Assembly (NCBI GenBank): GCA_051362555.1
Contig: CM120641.1
Coordinates: forward strand, 48,738,401-48,802,400
DNA: 64,000 bases
Source: Lingula anatina
Taxonomy: Eukaryota; Animalia; Brachiopoda
Direction: 5' to 3'
In this document: positions 27,601 through 38,881 of the stretch, piece by piece
How positions within the stretch are numbered: the first letter of the stretch is position 1
How the letters are laid out: each line of letters starts with the position of its first letter
Notes under the pieces: generated by a model
Databases searched by the model: none
What the model was told of the DNA's origin: nothing
Seen by the model: the letters and a program-made list of their open reading frames with translations, nothing else
Made by a program: the position numbers and the translations under genes

Positions 27601-29874
27601 TTTTTTTTGATCTGCCTATGAAACAAAATCTTTTGTGTGTTCACGTGGCAGCATTTCTTTTGTCCATTTGTCACTTTTGACACCCTGCTCTTTCAGAATC
27701 ATTATCTTTGAATGGCCACTTTCCTTGCACTTTTTGAATATATTTCTAGTTTTATACTTTGGTTCTGATATCATATCTTTCTTATTGGTTGCTTTGTTGG
27801 TATGTGTATATGCATGTTACGCAGTGTGTTGCCTGCATGTTGGCACGTGCCAAACTGGTGACAGTATTCAGTCTACGTAGCAAGCTACAGTGCACATTTC
27901 CTTTCAACATAGACATTGACACCAGTCTCGTAGAATTGACTGTAACTTGTCTACTCTTCTATTTCACATGACAGGGGCGTCTAAACTGAGTAAGTTGACC
28001 TCTTTTCTTCTCTTGCCTCTGTTATATAGAACTAGGTTAATCCTTGTAGTAGAGCACCATCTGTAGACACCAGCACCACCAAATGCCAGTCAACTGATTG
28101 CTTTCTGTGGTGTTCTGTTCCTCATACATACAATCTTATGTACACTGACATATATATATACCAGCTTTTCATTTTGTACTGCATGGTCCAATACATGGTA
28201 AACAGCCATGAAGCTGTGTCTTAAGATGACGAGGAAAAGATTAAAATAAGTCAAGTAATGTACCTTTAGTGTAATGTCAGTACATCAATATTAGTGTTAG
28301 GTAGAAAAATTCAGTTTCACAAGTAATGATGCAGTTAAATAAAATGGAAGTGTAGCAGTTGTGTATTATTACTTGTGAAACTTATGGTACATGAAACTAA
28401 AAATCTTCCCACTGTAGCTTACTTTAAAAAATACTATAACCATTTGCTCTTGTTGCTATTTCCTAACATTCTCACAGTGCCAACCCTGCCCTTAAATTAA
28501 ATAAATAAATAAATAAAATCCCATCCTCTTTGTCATGTTGTGGTCATGTGATCACCCATGTGACTTGTCCCAGAATTCCCTGCATCGTCTGCTTCACTTC
28601 TAGATGTGAAGTTCTTGGAAGCATGCAGGCTCTGCTTATGAATGCTGACAATGTAGCTGGCTGTTTGCTTTTGTATTCATGGCAGGTTGATTTAATATCT
28701 GTTTTAGGTGGCAGATACAAAAGTTGGAAAAGAAGATGGTTTATACTCAATGACAACTGTTTATATTACTTTGAATACACAACAGTAAGTGTCTTTTTAC
28801 TCACTGTATATTTGTTTCATTGTTCAGGGAAGTGAATTAATTCAGCAAACTATATCACTATTTTGTATGTAAGATGACGATACGTTGATAGTATGTCCTT
28901 AGTACAAGGAGAAATTGTTGTCATATCTATTCTTTATATTTGTATCAATTATTACAAGCTCTGACTTTCTAAGACATCAAAAATCCTAACAATTAAACTT
29001 CTCTCCCAGGACAAGGAGCCGAGAGGTATCATTCCTCTTGAGAATATTCAGGTCTTGGATGGGAAGCTGGACAAGAACAGACCTAACAGCTTTGAGCTCG
29101 TCTCCAACAACAACGAGATTATCAAGGCCTGTAAGACAGACTCAGAGGGCAAGGTGGTCGAAGGTGAGCTTCTGAACTGATTCTTTCTCCCCCCCCCCCC
29201 CCCCCTCTTCTTTCATTAAAATCGGGTTTTCAATTTTAAAATCTTGAGATTAATTTTCCCTGTGTGAAAGAGTAATGAGTCATCATGGATTTATTACCAT
29301 TCAAGAAAACATTGCAGGATTTCTTAATCACTCTATATAATCTTTATGCAGTGGTTGAACCATAGATTGTGTTATAATAAGCCCACTCTGTTTGCTTCTT
29401 TGTAAAACTGAGACCAAGAAAATCCCTGGAACGATGCAAAGTATTGGGTGTCATTTTGGTAATGTTATCTTCCAGGTAAACACTCCTACTATAGAATGTC
29501 TGCAGCCACGCCAGAGGAGAAAGAAGAGTGGATGAGATGCATCAAGTAAGAAGTTTGACCTCTCAGTGATAGATACAAGTATTGTGCTGCAATGAAGAGA
29601 TATTCAGAATTTCAGTAGTTTCAGATGTTTTTCTTTCCATGTGGTGAAGTATGAAATTTAGATTATAACCATCATCCTCTGCTACAGTTTGAGACACACC
29701 ATGCTATTGTAAGAGTTTAAATAGAAGTGGAGGTAAATAGCTAATGGCCAACTGCTAATGAAAGTGTGCATTAATTGATCTCTGCTGTATTCCAGGGCCA
29801 GCATTAACGAGCATCCGTTTTATGATATGCTGGTTGCCAGGAGGAAGAAGGCCACACACAACGTTACCAAGTAG
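14414..29874 (+). CDS. CYTH1: Cytohesin (ARNO/Steppke family Arf GEF: coiled coil, Sec7, PH, polybasic tail), 13 core exons
   Basis: Exons 14414-14462, 14952-15025, 21272-21336, 21598-21664, 24029-24147, 24463-24543, 24834-24946, 25524-25672, 26000-26111, 28708-28784, 29010-29163, 29476-29545, 29796-29874. Motifs: [35 protein letters not shown] (Glu finger), [59 protein letters not shown]. The symbol denotes the CYTH1-4 co-ortholog. Confidence 0.97.
19891..20000. repeat. About 27-bp tandem repeat, 4 copies (CCCAGGGGACAGGATTACTGTG.TGA)
   Basis: Visible in cytohesin intron 2. Confidence 0.8.
22900..23103. mobile_element. Palindromic MITE family A, copy 2
   Basis: GACTGGGTTCCCATACCAAGATTGATC..TCGCTAAATTGC..GCAATTTAGC..GGGAATGGTCCC; close reverse-complement match to 52816-53037. 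Confidence 0.75.
25321..25560 (+). repeat. Four 60-bp tandem copies of the cytohesin exon 8 acceptor plus first 12 codons
   Basis: Lines 25321, 25381, 25441 and 25501 align as one unit; only the last continues into the Sec7 exon. Confidence 0.95.
27975..27989 (+). other. Candidate 15-nt in-frame microexon of the cytohesin PH domain
   Basis: ctactcttctatttcacatgacAG|GGGCGTCTAAACTGA|GTAAGT; phase 1-1; changes KQ-GG-RY to KQ-GASKLSG-RY. Confidence 0.75.
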
Positions 29875-31904
29875 ACGCAACTCAGCGGGACTGAGAAACT
29901 CCACTTCACTGTATATAATATAATATAACTGTAGCCCGACCGCGAGACTCTGCATCAATGTACATAATATGATATAACTGTCCAATGTCAGTGTAGAGTG
30001 TATAACTACATTGTCTACTTAATGTGTTCAGCTGAAAACTGGTGTCATGATGTTGAAATCATGAACTTCAGGGACAAGTCAGCAAATAGATTATCTGGTC
30101 ATATGAGTACGGTTTCATACTATTTCACATCTACAGGTCTGTCAGTCATAGGTTGTGAACTCTTATAATATAGTCTGTGCTTTTGATTATGAATTCATCA
30201 AAAACATTTATTTTAAAATGCCCATGTAACCCTTTTTTTTGGGGGGGGGGGCTAATAATTGTAGCTCTCAAAATGCTGCAGTACTCAACTTATTTGGTTT
30301 GTGATATTTTTAAATGAAAATCGTGATCATGGTATGCTGTCAATAGCTCCCTGTATTGGTACACATCAGTTTATGTTCAAGCCAGCAATAATCCAACATG
30401 TGAACAGAGTTCATTGGAACCCCATGGTTTCCATAATTGTAAACCCCATAGCAGTCGGGGGCCTTCAGTTATGGGATAACATCAGTTATAGGATAAGGGC
30501 TTGATGTGGAAGGATTTGAACACAGAAAACCCAGTCATTGTAAATATTATTCAACTTGCCAAAGATTATAGTTTCTTTGTAGGATTGTACTGATATATGC
30601 CAACATTGGCATATGCACTTGAACAAGATGTTTCTGGAAACATGATGTAAATACTCAGTAGTTAATGATGTTATTTAACATTATTTCCTACGAAAAGCAG
30701 TGTAATTCAAATTTTAGAAAAGTCACAGAGTCATCTATCTCTGTGGAATTATGGTGTTCTAACGCGATGTCCATTTCTTTTAAACATTGCATTCCAAGGA
30801 TTGCAATAGGAATTGTACAAGAATTGTGTGGAATTGTTGTGAAGATAACAACAGTATGATGTAAGGAAAACACTCCAAATCTGTACAGGAGAATTGTGGG
30901 TTAGCTTTCAACATGGATGCCCAGTTTTAGAGAAAACAAGTGTTTTAAACTTGAGTTTGGAAGAGGGGTAATCATGAGTGGTAAACGTTAATGATTTGGT
31001 TAATATAAAAGTTATTTGATGCAATAAGTTTTAAAGATATTAAGGTTTTAGAAATAATTTTAACATGAAATTATTTAAGTTGGATATTTAAAAAACTGAT
31101 AAAATTGTGACAAGGTTTGAAGGACATCAATGAGGCAGACATATTCAACTTCAGTATTTTTCTTCTATTTTGCTAATGCAAAGCATTTAATAAAACATTG
31201 GTGTAGAGGGAGTGGTGATGGATGTTTGATCAAGATCAAAGTATGATTTTTTTCCACAGCACAAAATGATCTGATCTATATGGATCACAATATGTCAGGG
31301 AGAGTTTGTACTGTAACATCCCACCAGCTGCTGCACCTGATCTTGTACAGTAGAGAATGTTTATCTCGTATTTATGTCAAATAAATAGCATTATAGACCT
31401 GTTTTTAGTGGACCAGAGATACTCTATACCTCGGGTAAAAAAATAAATAAACCACCTATAGTAATTAATTTTTGACTTCATTGTTTTTATTCGATGCTAA
31501 GATTCACCAATATGCCATGCAAAAACGATTTAAATTTTTTGAAAAAACTTGTGTCATAGTGAAGTTACTATTCCTCTGATTAAAATTTGAACAATGAAAT
31601 AATCTTTCCAATGGTGTTCCATAATTTAAACCCCTCCGTGCCTTATATCATACATGGGCTGTGCAGGGATTTAGGGTAAATGTCAGATTCATCTGGCAAT
31701 TAGCAGTTTGCAGATGACATTTCATTCAGGGATTTTAAGTTTAATGTGCTGACTTGATCACTAATGGAAATTTGCACCTCTTAAACATTATTTTAAAATT
31801 TGCAGATAAAAATCGGATATTCTAATTTAAATGATTACATTTTTTCCTTTGAAAAGCCTGTATTTTATATATGTAAGAGAAGCAGCTTTCAAGCAGTGAA
31901 GAGT

Positions 31905-33298
31905 CTATCCAACATATAAATTCCCGCCCTTATCAACAATGGTAACATTCACCATTGCCTTGTTTGATGTCAGAAGCTCTGCAGACATTGTCTCTCTTGC
32001 ATACACCTGGAAAAAAAACTGATGTGTACAGAAATATGTCCAAATTCATTTATGTATATAGATTTCTGGTAAATTATTTAAAAAACTGAGAGAAATGTGT
32101 GTTCTTTAACAGCCTTGAAAACCAAAACCAAACCATAAATACACAGACTACTTACATAGAAGAAGATGTTGCCATAAGAGGCGCTGAGATCACTGCTAAC
32201 TCTGATGACCCCGGATGAGCCGTCTATAGTAAACCTGCCTGTAGGATCTTCCAATACATACTCCACTACTGCATTTACACCCTTACAATAACAGGAGAAA
32301 AAAGTGCTTGAAAGGAGTTCAACCTTTCAAATAATATAAGGTTATCATATATTTGCATGTAAAAAAAAATGAAAAAAAAATTTGCATTATTAACTGGAAG
32401 TCAATTTTAACAGACTCCTATAAACTGAAATAAGATGAGCTTTCCTAAATTTACATACATACAGCTACAAAATATTAGTATCGAGGAATTTTGAAAAATA
32501 TGTATTTTCAAGAACTGATCTTACAGCATCAGGGTCCACTGCTCGGACAGTGGTCAGATATGTTCCCATGGCAACATTCCTAGGGACTGCAACATTGTAT
32601 ACATCCTGGGTCATGGCTGGTTTGTTATCATTAGTATCCACGACAGTAACAACAACAGTAGCAAGAGCTGTTTTTGTACTGGGGGCATCTGCTTGATATG
32701 CCTGACAATGTGGGACAAATATTTTAACTTTCATGAACAATTTGCATCACTTGTTGAATGTGGAGAAAAGTCCCTGCTCAGTTAATTCATGAAGTGATAG
32801 AATCATTGTCAGTTACTGTGATCTTCATTGAGCTGAAGTCTAGGGGGTTTTAACACATCTGTATAAGTAGCATATATACTGTAATTATCTACCCCAGGGA
32901 TACAGAGGAGCCCCGGGGGGAGGAAGTAACAGTTACAACACAAGGCCAGTGATTAGGGGCAATTGACCTGGATTCTCATTCCAGGTGAAATGACCCTAGT
33001 CATTTACTCCCTGATGATGGTGACTGACAGTCACAGAAATATTGGAGGTAATACCAGCATATTTTACAAGCTCTTGATAAAAAGAAAAACAATAATTTGA
33101 ATTTATACATACAGAGCTAATGAAACTGTTCTCTCATCCATACCTTGATTGTGAGGACCACTGTTGCTTGCAGCTCTCTATCCAGAGATTTGATGACCTG
33201 CAGCTGTCCAGTTTTTCCATTGATAGTGAAGTGGTCTGCTGCAGAGGCTGGGTGAGCTGACAGAGAATTGTGGTTATACTGAGTATATACATATGACA

Positions 33299-33339
<41 letters not shown>

Positions 33340-33504
33340 AAGTGGTCTACAGCAGAGGCTGGGTGAGCTGACAGAGAATGTGGTTATACTGATTAATGTA
33401 CATATGACGGGGGCGGGGGTGGGGGGAGTGAAGTGGTCTACAGCAGAGGCTGGGTGAGCTGACAGAGAATTGTGGTTATACCGAGTATATACATATGACT
33501 GGGG

Positions 33505-33547
<43 letters not shown>

Positions 33548-34592
33548 AAGTGGTCTACAGCAGAGGCTGGGTGAGCTGACAGAGAATGTGGTTATACTGA
33601 GTATATACATATGACAGGGGCGGGGGGGGGGGGCAGGGTAGTGAAGTGGTCTGCTGCAGAGGCTGGGTGGGTTAACAGAAAATTGTGGTTATACGTATGC
33701 ACAATGAATACAGATGGAACATATATTTGCAATGGCAGGACCTGCAGGGTTTTTAGTGGGGGGGGGGGTATGGTGTGGGGGAAGGGGGGTGCTGGGGGAC
33801 AGGTTAAAAGTATTTATATTTTTACTCAGCATGTATAATTTTTATGAAGACTTTTGAATACATTGGAATAATAACACTTACAGTGAAGTTCATAATTAAT
33901 GACAGGTTTACATGCTGTTGTGGACAGCATTATTTTTCTCTTAGTAATCTTTACTTGTATCCTTCATAACAAGATTGGCCAACTCTGCAGCAGACAACAC
34001 TTGTTTTACAATTTATTTTATTCTAATTTTTTAAAAAATAACATATTTCTAATATAAACTTATATAATATATTTCTAATATACTTATATAATATACTTCT
34101 AATATAAACTTATATAAATGATATATATCTAATATCAACTTACAAGGTCCCAGACTGTACAGTACTGTGGCATTGATCCCCAAGTCTTGGTCATAGGCTT
34201 TGATTGGACCTGGTTGAATATGGGACTTGGTGGCTGCACACTTACTCTCCTAGAGGAGAAATATTGTCTTATATACAACTAATATATGTCTGCCTGACAA
34301 TGTCCAATTTTTATCCTTTAAAAATATTGAAAATCAAAATATATCCAAGTTGATATTTGCAGAATTAGATAATGATCGAACCACACATATTTATTATAAT
34401 ACTAGCTGCAGTTTCTAAGAAAATTATCATCAGTAATAGCACTTACATAGTTAACCTACAGCTTGGTAGATACCTAAGTTTAATCTACAGAAAAATCCCA
34501 AAACTACCATGGAAATTGTTCGTGATTTAAGAGAACAAAAACTACCTCACATCTTTGAAAAACAGCTAATTTAGTACAAGAGATTTAAGAAC

Positions 34593-34645
<53 letters not shown>

Positions 34646-37058
34646 AAGAAGATTACAGCATCAAGATTACAGCTTAACCATATATAAAAGAACTCACATT
34701 TTCTAACACTGTCACCTCATAGAGGTCTGTCTCAAAGGCTGGGGATAAGTCATCTTCATCAAGAACTTGGATAATAACTTGGGCACTTGCTGATAGTGTG
34801 GGTGTGCCGTCATCCTACATATGATTACTTTTATATATTTTTTTTTCAAATGGTTCAAAACAGACTGAGCTTATACTGATAATCAATTCCTCTTTCTATG
34901 ATAATTACCTCTGAAATAATCAGAATAATTGTCAATGAATACATACATATCGTTTATATATCACTATTATCTTATTCTCTTCAAAAAAGAGGTAAAATAA
35001 ATACTCTAGAAAAAAACAGAATAATGGAAATACAGACATAAAAGCTTACAAAAGCCTCAACACTCAGGGTGAAAACCCTTGGTCCGTTGTCATAATCCAG
35101 CTGTCTAGAAAGAACTAAGTTTCCATCAGCAGCAGCCCCACCCATTCTAAAATAATCACCTCCTCCACCCTGAAACATGAGAACCACAGTTAGCATTATA
35201 TTTATTAGCTGTAAAAATAAATTACAAAATACAAAATTTATATCTATAAAAAAAAATGAAGTATTTTTTATGAGGTTTAAATGGTTTTACTAATTACCAC
35301 TATTTTGAACTCTTTGATACGGCCTAAGACGTCAGGATCGTTCACTTTGTATCCTAATCTGAAGATCACTGTGCCAAGGAACTGAGACTGTAATTTAAAA
35401 AAAAAAACAATACACTTCAAAACGGTGTAACATTTTGCTTAAAATACCTTATACACCATATTGAGGAAGAAAATAAATATGCAGAAATAAGAAATATGGA
35501 AAACTTTTGTATTTAACTGGTGTATATGTAGTTCAGATTCTGTGCCACGTGTAAAGAACAAGCTATTCTCTTTATTTGCATGAACAGTATTTATAAAATC
35601 ACGGCTTTTTTATATAGATAAAATCAGGAAAAAAATGCAATCAGTTACCTCAGAAACATTCACATAGTAGACTGGAGCTGTAAAGACAGGTGCATTGTCA
35701 TTCACATCTACTACTATCAGCATAATGGGGGTCGACTACAATGAAAACAGTGCAATGGAGAACCAGACAATAAACACATTTGACGTTATTATATATTTTT
35801 ATTTTTCAAGTTTACAAATTCCCAATTAAGAAAAGAATTTGTATCCTGATTAAACACATCTTTACCAATTTTTAATCAGTCATAGACGCAATTTATATTT
35901 CATATACACACTGCATATATCAAATGAAAAAAATATATTTACCCCTTGTCTTTCACTGCCAGCCATTTTATATCTACAAACCATGCTATATGCCTGTAAC
36001 CTCTACAATAAACCAAAAATTATAAGTTTGGCCATTAAAGGGACTAATGTTTCAGTGATGGAGATGGTGACAACGCAACTAGACACAGTTATGAAAACAC
36101 ATGATTATTTATATATATTTTATTCTTTAAATAATTCAAACACACTGATCTGATATAAATAACTGTAAGAATGACAAAACAAAACTTAATTTCAGATACA
36201 TTTGCTTTATGAAAATACAAAGCTTTTAAAAGTGCTTTCAACATTATGCTCATATCATTACAATGTACCATTTCCACTGACCTCCATGGACTCAGCATCC
36301 AAGTGTTTTACAAGTATGATAGACTGATTTTTGGTGTCTAACCTGACATACCCATTAGCGGGCTCCAGTCTCTCCCATACCACCTCAGTGACACCAGGTA
36401 TGGAGGAGTTGGTAAAAGTCATAACAACAGTGCCTAGGGCAGTGTTCTCACGTATAGCTACAGCAGGAGGCATGTCTCCACAGACAGTTGGTATTGGCAT
36501 GTTTTGACCATCTACAACAAAGATATAATGATAGTGCAATGCTATCAGGACTAAAAGATGCTAACAGTCCTGGTGGCAGCCAAGCTGGTTCTGCCACAGC
36601 TGAACTCATCTCCTGCTTCCTCAATAATTAACTTTCAGCTGAATACAGCCACTTTAATGTCTCTCTGATTGATATTCATTACAGACTTATATTATACAAA
36701 AGTTAAAGACAAATTTAATTTCTATCACATGTGAATTGTGCCACAGAGTCCAAGGTGTTGACAAATTTGAGAAAACAATTTTAAAGTAATTATTAATTAA
36801 GGAAACATCCTGCATTTAAACAGGCTTTTAACATGAAAATATCAATCTGAACCATCTAAACAATTTTTTAAAAGTGAAACATTTATTATCATTATCATCA
36901 TCAATCACATCAAAAAACAAGTCCACTTTAAGATGAATGCAAACTTTAAAATAAAAATGAAGCTTCTTTTAATACCCATAGGTAGTACCTGAATTTCTCA
37001 CTAAAATACAGGCTATCAACCAAAAAAACAGGGTCTTCTGAACCTCCCTTGTCACCAT
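31905..37058 (-). CDS. Secreted cadherin-related protein (signal peptide + 4 EC repeats, PCDH15/CDHR5-like), about 465 aa, 12 exons
   Basis: Exons 36989-37058 (MVTREVQKTLFFWLIACILVRNS, signal peptide-like), 36282-36511, 35943-36002, 35649-35735, 35298-35387, 35050-35169, 34698-34814, 34144-34249, 33144-33256, 32525-32701, 32156-32281, 31905-32006 (sum 1398 nt). Cadherin motifs LDAE, DVNDNAPVF, LDYD, DEDDLSPAF, AYDQD, LDRE, DTNDNKP, AVDPD; TAG after VTIVDKGGNLYVG. Confidence 0.88.
33225..33695 (-). repeat. Five tandem copies of a cadherin acceptor plus 32 nt of exon, separated by poly-G tracts
   Basis: Units start at 33225 (functional), 33336, 33427, 33544 and 33640 on the + strand. Confidence 0.93.
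34596..34645. repeat. (AAAT)n microsatellite
   Basis: Directly visible. Confidence 0.95.
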
Positions 37059-38274
37059 TTTGAATCCTCTCACAGAGGCACAAGCAACTTTATCTGTAGT
37101 TTTTAAAGACAGCATAGGCACAGTCCATACCAAAGTCCAGGTTGTTCTGTCCTCACCCAGAGACCCCAGATATGATAAGATGTCTTGACTTCCTTCTGGT
37201 TCAAAAACAGGGTGTCCTTACACTGGACAAGTAAACATAGCTGATACAGCAGCCCAAGCTTTGGTGATATGGAGACAAAATAAATCAGGTTACATACCTC
37301 ATGATACGGCGAATTTAAGCCATCTTCTAGGTCTTCCAAAAGACAGTCAGATTTTCCAGTTTATGCTGACGGGTATTAACTTTTTTCTCTTGGAAAATGG
37401 TCAAAAATGGGGGATGAATCAACAAAAATAATTTGGAAGCCTGTCTGAAAATATCTCTGGATCCACCTCTGTGATACACAGTTTAAGGTCCGTGTAGGAG
37501 AATGTTCTGGCACTATCACTTTGTGTGGACTGGCTATATAGATACTGGGGGTATTTGTCATATAGCTTCTGCTTTTAGGATAGTACTTTGGGTGTAAGAT
37601 TGATACGTGTGATAAACATTTTAGAAATATTCATTTTCAAACTCAATATCTCAAAGGATGACAAACTTCAATCAGCTTGTCTTTCTTGTTGCCAAATATG
37701 TCATTTCAGATATTGCAGCTCGTTTGAAATAATTTTCCAATCTGTAAGGACTGTACAATGCAATCAGAGGATAAATACAACACAATGAGGATATTTACTG
37801 TAACATTACTCCCCAAAACCCATTAATACGACAACACGCAGTATGATGCTTGACGGATATATTAGGTTTGTTCATTAATTCTTCTCCAAGCACGTGTTAC
37901 TGATATGACAGGGTGTTTGGAATACAGAACAAAACCAAGTCAGAATAACTGATTCACATTGTATTTCATTAACCATAAATATAGTCATATGTACATGTAC
38001 TTTGTCAATCCATACGAAGAATTGGTACTGGAAAGACATGAAATCATGCTCCCCCTAACACCTCACAGCAACTCACTTGAGAAATAAAACAAAATTATCA
38101 CTTCAGAGTCCTCAGTTTAAAACTGCTGAAAGGGGTTACTCTCATTTTGTAACATGCTTATATCTATATATATATATCATTATTGCAACATATTCACATG
38201 GTTTATAATTAAATAATAATAGATTAATACAGTTTATAAAACAGTCATGGATTTTTTACATGGTTTGCTTAACA

Positions 38275-38615
38275 TACACTGGATACACGGTTTCCTGGCA
38301 TGCTCAACCTGAAAATCATCATCTTATTTTACAGTGGATACAAATGGTTGGCTGGCATACTCAACCTGAAAATCATCATCTTATTTTCACACTGCTTACA
38401 ATTGGTTGGCTGGCATACTCAACCTAAGAACCAACCATCTCATTTTCACACTGGATACATTTGTGGTTGGCATACTCAAACTGAGAACCATCTCATTTTA
38501 CACTGGATACAATTGGTTGGCTGGCATATTCAACCTGAAAATTATCATCTCATTTACTCACTGGATACATTTGTGGTTGGCATACTCAACCCGAGAACCA
38601 ACCATTTCATTTTTA
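38275..38615. repeat. About 57-60-bp tandem repeat, about 6 copies, downstream of the USP36 stop
   Basis: Unit ACACTGGATACA..TGGTTGG(CTGG)CATACTCAACCTGAAAA.CATCATCTCATTTT; explains ORFs 38300-38668 and 38406-38663. Confidence 0.9.
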
Positions 38616-38881
38616 CTAGGATGGCAGTCCTACACTATCCATTCTCCTGCATTTTTATTATAAAATGAAGATGTCCTTTATCCTTTAAGTTATTTAAAGA
38701 CAAAGGATCTCTTTTATACTTTAAACTTATTATAAACAAAGAATGTCCTTGGCTCTTTCTTTATCCACACTCATTGTGATAACACAATATCCACTATCCT
38801 CTGCTCTTTCTGGACATTGAGATCCGTGTCCCTGCTGGAGTATACATTGTCTGAGAACACTGGTAAGTAACATTGCACAGT

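Noticed and set aside
28686-28707. Alternative acceptor 22 nt upstream of the PH exon
   Set aside because: Out of frame with an immediate TGA; no evidence beyond a CAG.
33225-33695. CRISPR-like repeat-spacer appearance of this and other arrays
   Set aside because: Eukaryotic intron context, spacers are homopolymers or part of the unit, no cas genes.
36540-36609. Apparent frameshifted signal peptide for the cadherin (ATG 36609, one extra base)
   Set aside because: An upstream exon at 36989-37058 supplies a clean signal peptide with a phase-compatible donor, so no frameshift is needed.
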